Source: Gammaproteobacteria bacterium (GTDB lineage Bacteria > Pseudomonadota > Gammaproteobacteria > GCA-001735895). From it: 64,000 bases of DNA. The stretch lies in contig JBNKUM010000100.1 of the NCBI GenBank assembly GCA_050298595.1, positions 96,001-160,000 on the forward strand, given 5' to 3'. Each line of letters starts with the position of its first letter. Position 1 is the stretch's first letter. Shown in pieces: positions 51,877-60,932 of the stretch. Under the pieces are notes generated by a model. That model made no database searches, was not told where the DNA came from, and was given only the letters and a program-made list of their open reading frames with translations. The position numbers and the translations under genes are program-made.

Positions 51877-52902
51877 GTGCACATCACAAAATCTATTCTC
51901 AGACTCTTTCTTCTCTCCACTCTGATTGCTTCATCTGTAGCTTGGGCAGAGGTGAAGCTAAACGGTTATTTCATTGCAAACGATAATGAATGTCCAGCTT
52001 ATAAGTCTTTTCGCAAGAAAACAAATCCGGGAAATGTACGCCTGGTAGAAGATAGAGCATACCCTGTTCTATCTAAAAACAAGTTTGATGCCACCCACTA
52101 CCGCTTGAAAATCAAGGAAGCGACCCCATCAGAACGATGGGTTGCGCTAGACTGTGGAACATTACTAACACAGTGTGATGAGAATGAAGGCTCCGATGAG
52201 CCAGGTAATGAAGATGTCAGTCAGTCTTCACGTCCGAATTCTCCAAGTTTGCCGGGGCAAGGTAGCAAGGAATATTTGCTGGCTCTAAGTTGGCAGCCGG
52301 CATTTTGTCAGTCACATCAGTCAAAGGTTGAGTGCCAAAGTCAAACTGGCGGGCGTTACGATGCTACACATTTAACACTACATGGACTATGGCCCCAACC
52401 CAAGAACAACACATATTGCAATATTCCGAATTCTCAGAAAAAGCTAGATCAACGGAGTGCATGGTCCCAATTACCCAGCCTGGGTTTATCTGACGACTTA
52501 ATGAGTGAATTAATCGAAATCATGCCTGGGGTATCCTCTCATCTACAGCGACATGAATGGACGAAACACGGTTCCTGTTATAGTGAAACACCAGATGAAT
52601 ACTTTAAGGAATCCATGAAATTAGCTCTAGATATCAACAACTCTTCAGTACGAGAATTGTTTGCTAATAATATCGGTGAAAGAGTCACGTCTAGAGATAT
52701 TAAGTCTCGATTCGATTCGGTTTTTGGTCAAGGGACTGGCAATAAAGTGATGGTCAAATGCAGTGGCAACATGATAAGCGAGCTTTGGATCAATCTTAAA
52801 GGTGATATCGAAGAGGGTTCAAATATCGGGGAACTTTTAGCTAATGCGCCTGATGCAAGCGTAAGTTGTCAGGGCGGACTGATAGACGCAGTGGGGTTTT
52901 AG
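51877..52902 (+). CDS. Exported ribonuclease T2 family protein with extra N-terminal domain
   Basis: LALSWQPAFC, CAS I LTLHGLWP, CAS II HEWTKHGSC; signal peptide; GTG start after GGGAG. Confidence 0.92.
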   Translation: MHITKSILRLFLLSTLIASSVAWAEVKLNGYFIANDNECPAYKSFRKKTNPGNVRLVEDRAYPVLSKNKFDATHYRLKIKEATPSERWVALDCGTLLTQCDENEGSDEPGNEDVSQSSRPNSPSLPGQGSKEYLLALSWQPAFCQSHQSKVECQSQTGGRYDATHLTLHGLWPQPKNNTYCNIPNSQKKLDQRSAWSQLPSLGLSDDLMSELIEIMPGVSSHLQRHEWTKHGSCYSETPDEYFKESMKLALDINNSSVRELFANNIGERVTSRDIKSRFDSVFGQGTGNKVMVKCSGNMISELWINLKGDIEEGSNIGELLANAPDASVSCQGGLIDAVGF

Positions 52903-53260
52903 CCCATCATCGAATTCTTTGAATCGAAACCCCGCATTTTCTTTATTCTTGAGAGCTATTACAGAAGAGGCAATCTTATTACAGAACGGTAATAAGAAAA
53001 TCGCCAGTACATCCGTCACCAAAGAGCCAGAGGAAATTAATGTCGGCAATTCAAACTCTCGTCGTACACAATTATCCCTCTCTAAAAATCGTTAATTGGA
53101 AAACTGCTCGGAGTCGTCAGTACATATTGACGGCCAGAATGTGAACGGATCCCTTACTGGGAGTGGTTATTCAAAACCAGAAGTTGTAGGTCGCTGTGGT
53201 GCCAGGAGCACTGTTGTTACTGGTGGAGAATTATTATGTTTCCTGATCCAGTGATTTTTT

Positions 53261-53337
53261 GGGGAAGGCCAAAACAGGGTTGGCTGAGAGATAGAGTAAT
53301 TGCGAGTAATTCCCATGTAACTCAGAGCCCTTTAACT
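53261..53337 (+). repeat. ~77 bp direct repeat, copy A
   Basis: GGGGAA..CC.AAAAC..GGTTGG...ATAGAGTA.TTGCGAGTAATTCCCATG.AAC.C.GA.CCCTTTAACT shared with 56281-56358. Confidence 0.8.
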
Positions 53338-53497
53338 TCGCTGGCACCTTATTCGGTAAGGCAGCAGTCGATGCTGTCGCGAGTGCTGACACTGGAAATC
53401 TGCCGCTACAGACGGTGTATGACTATCGGATATCATTGAGCGGTACGCGCCAGATCCTGTATGAGATGGGCGAGAGTGCCGCCCATCTTTTGACCAC

Positions 53498-54808
53498 CTA
53501 ACGATCCCTTCCCACGCCGCGAAAGCGCTTACGCACGGTAAACCAGGCACCTATATCCAGTAACGGGCGTGGTGGTAGCCAGCGTGCCGCAGGACTGGCA
53601 ACACAGTCGTTGATTAGCTGTGACTGGCCGCCGCTGGCATACTCTGCAAGGGCGCAGCCAAATGCGGTACCCCGGCTGACTCCTGAGCCATTATAGCCAC
53701 CAGCCAGGTAGAGACCTCGCGCCGGGTTTTGAAAGAAATTGGTGCCGTTCTGACTAATGCCTTCGACGCCCGACCAGGCGTATTCAAATGGTACATGGCG
53801 TAACTGGGGGAAGCGGTTTTCAAAACCCTGGCGATGAATTTGCTGACGTCGGGCAAGCAGTGACTCAGAAAGCAAACGAGCGGCATGATATTCGGCGGTA
53901 TTGCGAATGCAGATACGGCCATCCTGGGTTAGGCGAACCGTGGCGCCACCACTGTGTAGCGACAACACGCCCCACTGCGGTAAACTACCCAGCGACGCGA
54001 TTTCATCTGCGCTTAACTGTCGGGTAAAGCTCCCCGACAGCGTACTGCCAACAACAAAGCGTTCGATTTGTCCCAGTCTGGCGGCTTCAAAGTTGGTCGC
54101 GATCAACACATTATCCGCCTCTATTGTTCCGCTCGCGGTGCGCAGACTATGACTCTGACCCTGTGTTATCTCTAACACAGGGCTAGATTCATACAGCTGT
54201 ACATTGGGTGGTAATGAGTTGGCCAATCCGTACAGCAGGGCGGCAGGTTGCAGCAAACTACCCACCTGCACATGCACCCCTTGCTGATACCAGGTGGTTC
54301 CCAGTTGCTCACTCAATGCCTCCTGACTTAGTGGGGCATGTGGAATCTCCATACGCTGCAGATAATCCTTAAAGTATGCAAGCTCCTGAGTTGAATTCAC
54401 ATCCGCTGCTGTGTGATAAATGCCCTGTTCATGCCATTCGCAATCGATTTTATGCGTAGTAACCTGATCGCGCAGTATGTCCAGGCCTGCGGAGTTGATT
54501 CGGTTTACACGTCGATAGTTATTCTGCTGCTTTTCATCGAAGGGGCCTGCAAAATGAGTGATCGCAACCGCGTATCCTGAATTGCGCCCAGAGGCTGCCT
54601 GCGCCACCGCACGCGCCTCGAGCAGGATGATGTTGTCATCGGGGTGCAGCTCGGCCAGGCGGCGGGCGCAGGCGAGCCCGGTAAACCCGGCACCAATCAC
54701 TGCCCAGCGAGTTCGCTGCTTGCCCTGAAAGGGTTGAGAGGGCTGGCGCTGTGGAAGCAGTTCGGCCCAGCCATGCGCGTCATTACTAAAACTGTTGCTG
54801 CTGATCAT
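53498..54808 (-). CDS. FAD-dependent oxidoreductase (DadA/PuuB-like DAO family)
   Basis: IGAGFTGLACA, ASGRNSG, LQPAALL, YNGSGVSRGT. Confidence 0.85.
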   Translation of the reverse strand: MISSNSFSNDAHGWAELLPQRQPSQPFQGKQRTRWAVIGAGFTGLACARRLAELHPDDNIILLEARAVAQAASGRNSGYAVAITHFAGPFDEKQQNNYRRVNRINSAGLDILRDQVTTHKIDCEWHEQGIYHTAADVNSTQELAYFKDYLQRMEIPHAPLSQEALSEQLGTTWYQQGVHVQVGSLLQPAALLYGLANSLPPNVQLYESSPVLEITQGQSHSLRTASGTIEADNVLIATNFEAARLGQIERFVVGSTLSGSFTRQLSADEIASLGSLPQWGVLSLHSGGATVRLTQDGRICIRNTAEYHAARLLSESLLARRQQIHRQGFENRFPQLRHVPFEYAWSGVEGISQNGTNFFQNPARGLYLAGGYNGSGVSRGTAFGCALAEYASGGQSQLINDCVASPAARWLPPRPLLDIGAWFTVRKRFRGVGRDR

Positions 54809-55956
54809 TACTGAGCCAGATGATCGATTCGGGTAAAATTATCGGAGATTTCATTGACCGTATCCAGCCAGCGTGCCACCAGTTTGGGGCTATCTGGTGC
54901 GGCACTGACTCCAGCATCAATTTCGTCCTGTAGCACTGCTTCCACCGCCAGACTCAGTGGAATTGACACCAGCCTTGCCATTGCCGAACCCTGTTCGTTG
55001 CCAAAGGCATCAAGCAGGTAACTTTGATGCCATACAGGTTTGCCATCCCGTTTAGCCATTAGAGTGACGGCCATGACGACCCGATCCGCTTCACCTTCTT
55101 CAAGTTTGTATTTTTGCCACAGTTGGTCGCTCAATTCGTTGAGCTCGGCATCGCTCATGCCTTGCTCTACACGATCAAAAATCGGACGCCATGCCTGTTT
55201 CCAGCCCTTATATCGCAGCGTCCCACGCACAAACTGCTCGACCTTCCAGTCACTGGAAAAATGGTACTGGGACATGAATGGACGCGAGTCCCGATTTGGA
55301 TAAACCTCGAAGGTTTCGGCTCCCCAGGGCATGTCGAGTGGGAATTGCTCTATCGCACTCCATGGCTGGTTAACGACGTAATCAACACCATCACGAATGC
55401 TGACCGAAGGACTCTTGAGTGCACGTAATACACCCAGCGGCGACCAACTGAAGCGATAGCAAAAGTCGTTTGGCTGCTTGCTCAGGCCACCACAATAACT
55501 GGTGAAGAAGTGTAGGTTGTTTTTATCAAATACCTCGGAGGCCTGGTAATCGGCAACCAGCGCGTGTGCCATACTGTGGTCGATACCGGGATCAAGCCCG
55601 ACCTCATTGACCATGCACAGACCTGCCTTCCTGCTCGCGGCGTCCAGTTCGCGCATCTGATCTGAAATATAGGAACTGGAAACGAAATGAGCGCCTTGTT
55701 GTAACGCTAATTGCGCCAGAGTAGGGTGATAATCTGCAGGTAACATTGACACAATCACATCACCGGCAGATATATTATTTTTCAGGGTATCCATGTCGAA
55801 TTCGACAGCCTTAGCGTCGCCGTTCAGCCCCGCGATGGCCTGCTGTGCTTTTTCAATCGAGCGGTTATAGACAATCACCCGGTGGCCGTTTTTAATCAGG
55901 CGGCGCAAACCCGGGATAGCAGAAAGACCAGTTCCGGCCCAGTGAATTGTTGCCAT
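54808..55956 (-). CDS. Saccharopine dehydrogenase family oxidoreductase
   Basis: GTGLS, NEVGLDPGIDHSMA, SYCGG, YRFSWSPLGVL, YPNRDS, RGTLRYKGW, AMARLVS. Confidence 0.88.
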   Translation of the reverse strand: MATIHWAGTGLSAIPGLRRLIKNGHRVIVYNRSIEKAQQAIAGLNGDAKAVEFDMDTLKNNISAGDVIVSMLPADYHPTLAQLALQQGAHFVSSSYISDQMRELDAASRKAGLCMVNEVGLDPGIDHSMAHALVADYQASEVFDKNNLHFFTSYCGGLSKQPNDFCYRFSWSPLGVLRALKSPSVSIRDGVDYVVNQPWSAIEQFPLDMPWGAETFEVYPNRDSRPFMSQYHFSSDWKVEQFVRGTLRYKGWKQAWRPIFDRVEQGMSDAELNELSDQLWQKYKLEEGEADRVVMAVTLMAKRDGKPVWHQSYLLDAFGNEQGSAMARLVSIPLSLAVEAVLQDEIDAGVSAAPDSPKLVARWLDTVNEISDNFTRIDHLAQ

Positions 55957-56280
55957 ACGGCATCCTCCAAAAACAGATTAATCATAGGTGAGTAACCCTA
56001 CCAGTATTACCGCCATCATTGCCAATGTTTTTACATAGATCAGGCGGTGAGATGGTCAAGATAGATAACTCTTATCTCAACAGCCCTATGAAATGCAGGA
56101 TCGACACTCTCTGCCATGCATAGCTTTGCTGGCTGCTATCTGGTTCCCTATCCCGCTAGTCGGTGTCTCATAGGCACAAACCCATCATAAAACTATGTCA
56201 CGAGGTTTGATAAAAGAACTGTAAACCGGTCTCCCGGGTACTCGCGGATGACATTTTTCACTTAAGTAAGTGCTATACAC

Positions 56281-56358
56281 GGGGAAAACCGAAAACCAGG
56301 TTGGTCGAGTAATAGAGTACTTGCGAGTAATTCCCATGAAACACCGACCCCTTTAACT
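56281..56358 (+). repeat. ~78 bp direct repeat, copy B
   Basis: Homologous to 53261-53337, including identical TTGCGAGTAATTCCCATG and CCCTTTAACT blocks. Confidence 0.8.
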
Positions 56359-56707
56359 CCGGAAGAGTATATTGCTAAATAGCATATAAAGGGTGGGGGA
56401 AGGTTTCAAAGATTTCTGTGGCCTACCAGTGGCCTTTTTCCTCCGGTTTATCGGATTTTACAATTTCTGACACAAGTTTTCAGATAACGCGATCTAAATA
56501 CACTATTGCTCTCCTGTCTCTCAATTAGCAATACTCCTGGCTGATTAAAAAATGTTGGTGCATCCCTGCACAACGAAACCTCTGCGCTTTGCAGAGGTTG
56601 CTTAATTTTTATTTCAATAGTTTAGTTAAAATTAGTTTTTAATATTACGCCGGTTGAGAGCTATCTTAGAATCAGCATACCTGGCTGAACGTTTAGAAAA
56701 ATGCTGG

Positions 56708-57682
56708 CTAAAAAATAAAATCACCAACCGCTGCTTCACATCCTTCCCAGTTAATTTTAATATTTTTCGGGTCGAGCAATTCATCTTCGGGCGCTAGTAG
56801 ATCAGGGAAGCCAGCCCATAGTTGTGGGCCATAGAAGTTTCCGGACTCTGCATCTTTATCCATACATGCACGGATAATACCTAATGCTCCGTCTTCAGCA
56901 GTTTGAGCATTTTCCATAATAGGGCTATTGACATCCATTCCTCCTCTATCGGCGGTGGTAAACCGTAAGTTGGTCAAGGCAAGGCCAGGGTGGGCTAAAA
57001 GCACTTTGATATGAGTTATATCATGCTCCTCTAATTTCTGTTTTAATCCATAGGTAAACGCGCAATTGGCGAGTTTAGTCTGGTGGTAGCGCTCCCATCG
57101 AGGACCTGAAAAACTGGTGTTCTCTTCTTCAGTACCATCTCCTCCCAAGTGACCACCATTTTTCCCGAAGTATCTTATCTCTAGTGGCCCCCCTGTTCGA
57201 GCCATAGATGACTGATTCACTACACGAGACTCGTGACTATTTTTTAACAGAGGAAATAAATCCTTTGTTAACAGAAAGTGAGAAAGACAATTTGTTTGCA
57301 TCTGGATATCGTAGCCATCCCTGGTAGCCAGATCTTCTAATGCCATCACGCCGGCGTTATTACACAAAACGTCCAGAGAGTCATAGCTTGATTTTATCTC
57401 GGTGATGGCATTCCTGACGCTTGCAAAATCCTGTAGATCACAGTTAATGGCGAAAAACTTCCCCTGTGGAACTTCGTCCTTCAGGAGTTTGAGTGATGCA
57501 GTAGAACGTTCACTTTCACGATTCAAAAGTAACACTGTTCCGCCCAGTTTGGCGATCTCCCTGGCGCACACAAAACCCGTTCCACTGGTTGTCCCTGTTA
57601 TCGCGACAACCTTGTTTGTCATATCTTGAGTGTGATTTTCAATTACTTTATCTAAATGAAGAGTTTTGATTGTGCTGGTCAT
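56708..57682 (-). CDS. Short-chain dehydrogenase/reductase (retinol dehydrogenase/WWOX-like)
   Basis: ITGTTSGTG, CDL, NNAGVM, QSS, YHQTKLAN, AHPG. Confidence 0.9.
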   Translation of the reverse strand: MTSTIKTLHLDKVIENHTQDMTNKVVAITGTTSGTGFVCAREIAKLGGTVLLLNRESERSTASLKLLKDEVPQGKFFAINCDLQDFASVRNAITEIKSSYDSLDVLCNNAGVMALEDLATRDGYDIQMQTNCLSHFLLTKDLFPLLKNSHESRVVNQSSMARTGGPLEIRYFGKNGGHLGGDGTEEENTSFSGPRWERYHQTKLANCAFTYGLKQKLEEHDITHIKVLLAHPGLALTNLRFTTADRGGMDVNSPIMENAQTAEDGALGIIRACMDKDAESGNFYGPQLWAGFPDLLAPEDELLDPKNIKINWEGCEAAVGDFIF

Positions 57683-57863
57683 GCTATGAGTTCTCCTGGC
57701 TGAAAGTATTTAAATCTCTGATGTGAATCATTCCATAGCAAACCTTGTTAATGAACACACAAAACTATAGGTTGCTTGCACAAAACTCTAAATTTGTAGA
57801 TAAATAATCATATATGGTGCTATGATTTTGACATTAAAACAGACTCAAAAAGAGGAGAATATC

Positions 57864-58763
57864 ATGGGTATCTCATCCCGGGGAATGCAGGAGTTTAAGC
57901 ATTTATTGGAAAAACATTCTCCTCAGGAAGGTGGGAACCCGACTCTGGTTCCAAATTTGAAAACCTGGAAAATGTCCGAGCCCTATAAGCTGGTGCCACA
58001 GGTTTATGATCCCTGTATCTTTATAGGTGCACAGGGTAAGAAAAATATTTATCTGGATGGTAAACGCTATGACTACAATCCCGGTAATATCATGGCGCTG
58101 TTTGCACCTATGCCTCTCGAGTGTGAATTGATTGAAGCAAGTCCTGAAAATCCGTTATTGGTTGCAGTAATCCAGTTAGATCATAACCGTATTTCCCAAA
58201 TGATTTTAAAAATGAAACAGGCGGTCCCTAAATTTATTCAACAGGATACTACCGGTAACGTTTCAGGAATTTTTTCTGCTCCTCTTAAGCCGCGTTTACT
58301 GGATGTGATGATACGCCTGCTAAAAACACTGGATGATCCAAATGAGGCTAGCATTTTAGGAGAGTCGATGATTGATGAAATCTATTTTCGCATTTTAAGT
58401 GATGAGCAGGGTGGAATGCTCAAATATCATCTACAACAGCGCGGGCAAATTAATGAAATTTTAAGGACGGTCGAATATCTACACCAGAACCTTGATAAAA
58501 GTATCACTATCGATGATTTGGCTGATATCGTTAATATGAGTAGCTCAGGTTTTCACAAAAAATTTAAGGAAGTGATGCATTTGTCTCCGATACAATTTGC
58601 CAAGTCCATCAAACTTAATAAAGCTCAAAGCTATATTTTACAGGGCAAAAATGTGAGTGAGGCCGGATACCTGGTTGGCTACAATAGCTCAGCACAGTTT
58701 AGTCGAGAATATAAACGATTTTTTGGTGTGCCTCCGTCGGCAACAGTAAGTCTACTTAGCTGA
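57864..58763 (+). CDS. AraC-family regulator (YqhC-like), divergent from the SDR
   Basis: YDPCIFIGAQGKK AraC_N region; dual HTH with VGYNSSAQFSREYKRFFG; ATG 57864 after AGGAG. Confidence 0.9.
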   Translation: MGISSRGMQEFKHLLEKHSPQEGGNPTLVPNLKTWKMSEPYKLVPQVYDPCIFIGAQGKKNIYLDGKRYDYNPGNIMALFAPMPLECELIEASPENPLLVAVIQLDHNRISQMILKMKQAVPKFIQQDTTGNVSGIFSAPLKPRLLDVMIRLLKTLDDPNEASILGESMIDEIYFRILSDEQGGMLKYHLQQRGQINEILRTVEYLHQNLDKSITIDDLADIVNMSSSGFHKKFKEVMHLSPIQFAKSIKLNKAQSYILQGKNVSEAGYLVGYNSSAQFSREYKRFFGVPPSATVSLLS

Positions 58764-58773
58764 GTATCATTTA

Positions 58774-59040
58774 AACGCACTTCGTTTTCTGTATTTACAA
58801 GTGTTGCAGTGGCCGCAATTTGATATACCTATTGTGTTTCCTTAAAAAGCACAACGTATCCCTGAGTTGCTGACCCGAGTCGAAGTCCGCCAGATTATCT
58901 CAGCCTGCCATAACGCCTGGCATCGTACGATGTTGTTGACCTGTTATGGCTGCGGCTTGCGTGTGGGGGAGCTGGTGCAGTTGAAGGTTCAGCATATTAA
59001 TGGTGATCGAGGCTTATTACGTATTGAGACGGGTAAAAGA
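58774..59040 (+). pseudogene. Tyrosine recombinase/integrase fragment
   Basis: In-frame NALRFLYLQVLQWPQFDIPIVFP*KAQRIPELLTRVEV...TCYGCGLRVGELVQLKV...IETGK; internal stop, no start, no HxxR/Tyr C-terminal box. Confidence 0.8.
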
Positions 59041-59282
59041 GCCAAACAAGCATATTTGGCAGGCATATTTGGGACATCCATAAATTAAACATTAACAGAT
59101 ATAGATGAAATATGTATTTTAAAACCAAAGCGGATAATGATCGGAGCTTCAAAAAGTGGGGGTTCTAAAAAGATTCTCGCTAGCGCACAATCCCTGGTGA
59201 AGAGGGCGATCAGAAAGGTGTATCTCATCCATTGGGTGAACCCATTAATGCTACAGGAATTTGTGAAAAATCCATGTTCAAG

Positions 59283-59296
59283 TGCGGATTCCAGGT
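59283..59296. mobile_element. Solo terminus of the same MITE family
   Basis: TGCGGATTCCAGGT followed by TGA, identical to the right end of copy 2; no partner end found. Confidence 0.5.
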
Positions 59297-59442
59297 TGAA
59301 TTGCGTATTCATAGGATTATGATAGCAATAGTAATTTCATGCTTAAACACTGTAGAAAGGTTTTCCCCCAATACTAAAATTTGTAAACTAAAATTCCCAT
59401 GACACTGATAAATATAATAACGATTATTCAAGAGCAATATTT

Positions 59443-60642
59443 GTGACTGGATCGAAATCAGGCCGCACGATTCTGTGTGCATGGGAAATGGGAGGCGAGC
59501 TAGGTCACTTAACTCGACTTGCTCTTCTGACAAAAGCATTGGAGAGTGACGGCCACCGAATAGTATTAGCGCTCAAGGATCTATCGCGCTGCTATCCCTT
59601 CTTTAAAGAGACACAGGCACAAATACTCCAGGCGCCCAATTGGCTTCTAAAATTAAAAATGCAACGCCCCATTGCTTGTCAAGCTGATGCCTTATTGCTT
59701 TCAGGCTATATTGATGCTGATGCGCTTTTTATGTTAACTAAAGCATGGACGGCAATTGTTCAACTGGTTAAGCCAGACGTTATTATATTGGAGTACTCCC
59801 CGACAGCTCAGCTTGCGTTGCGCGATGAAACAGGAATAAAAAAAATAATTATAGGCACGGGTTTTTCTACACCTGAAGCTGGCTATCCTATTACTGATTG
59901 GCGCTACCCAACTGTTAACGATAATTTAGTCGAAGAGCAAGAGCGAGTTGCGCTAAATCCAATCAATATTGTGCTAAAAAAACTGAATAAATCTCCTTTG
60001 AAAAAACTATCGGAGTTATGGCAAGTAGATAAATTGATTCTTAATGAATTTCCCCCTTTTGATCTGTATCATAAATTACGCAGCAATGCGGTTTATTGTA
60101 CAGCGCAAGATTCATCAAATACTCAAAAACCAATTGTTTTTCCAGATACCGGAAAAATGAAAATAATTGCCTACTTAAAGCCAGCATACCCAGGAATTGA
60201 GCAATTAATTAAGGCTCTTACATTAACTAATGCAGACGTTTTTGTCGTTTGCCTTCTCGGCCCAGAAAAGGTTTTAAAATCCTACGAGAGTGATCATTTT
60301 AAATACACGACAGAACCAGTGAATATTACGCAAGGATTTTCTCAGGCAGACCTGTTTATTGGTCATGGCAATGCAGGCACAGTTACAGAGGCGCTTATAG
60401 CGGGAATACCAACCATCGCTTTCCCACTTCAACAAGAGCAACTATTGATTGGTACGATACTTCAAGAACTTAATGTGGGACGGTTCATCCTGGATTTTGA
60501 TGACTCTGAGACGCTTGCCAAACAGATCAACAGTGCCTTAGATGATAAAGAGTTACTAAGTCACGCTAAAGAATTTAAACAGGAATATAAAGAAAACCAA
60601 TACACCGTAGCGAGTGCTGTAAAGAAATGTATTGAGGAGTAA
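59443..60642 (+). CDS. GT-B fold glycosyltransferase (GT1/GT28-like)
   Basis: WEMGGELGH N-terminal motif; ADLFIGHGNAGTVTEALIAGIP...P..QEQ nucleotide-sugar-binding motif. Confidence 0.82.
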   Translation: MTGSKSGRTILCAWEMGGELGHLTRLALLTKALESDGHRIVLALKDLSRCYPFFKETQAQILQAPNWLLKLKMQRPIACQADALLLSGYIDADALFMLTKAWTAIVQLVKPDVIILEYSPTAQLALRDETGIKKIIIGTGFSTPEAGYPITDWRYPTVNDNLVEEQERVALNPINIVLKKLNKSPLKKLSELWQVDKLILNEFPPFDLYHKLRSNAVYCTAQDSSNTQKPIVFPDTGKMKIIAYLKPAYPGIEQLIKALTLTNADVFVVCLLGPEKVLKSYESDHFKYTTEPVNITQGFSQADLFIGHGNAGTVTEALIAGIPTIAFPLQQEQLLIGTILQELNVGRFILDFDDSETLAKQINSALDDKELLSHAKEFKQEYKENQYTVASAVKKCIEE

Positions 60643-60932
60643 TTGTTTTGTTAAAGAACGGCCAAAAATACGGTGATGTTGTCGATGATCGACGCCAGAT
60701 CCAGAGTTGATATATAAAAACACAACTCCGCCAGGCAGTGTTTAATTGCTGAATTGATCTGAGGTGGCAGAAAGGCACTAGTTCTATGTTGAAAGCTCGG
60801 TTCTGGCTCCCTGCTTCACCCTAACACCTACGTCCATATAGGTGTTCACAATAGATGGCTATTATCCACACCTGTCATCTTGATCCGAAGCCTTTCACCT
60901 CGCCACACACGACTCGGGATTAATCAAATTGA

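Noticed and set aside
55960-56280. Lysine riboswitch upstream of the saccharopine-dehydrogenase-like gene
   Set aside because: No recognisable L-box conserved core on the minus strand by eye; an Rfam scan would settle it.
58774-59088. Functional integron integrase for the attC-like sites
   Set aside because: Fragment with internal stop, lacking catalytic C-terminal motifs and any visible IntI-specific insertion.
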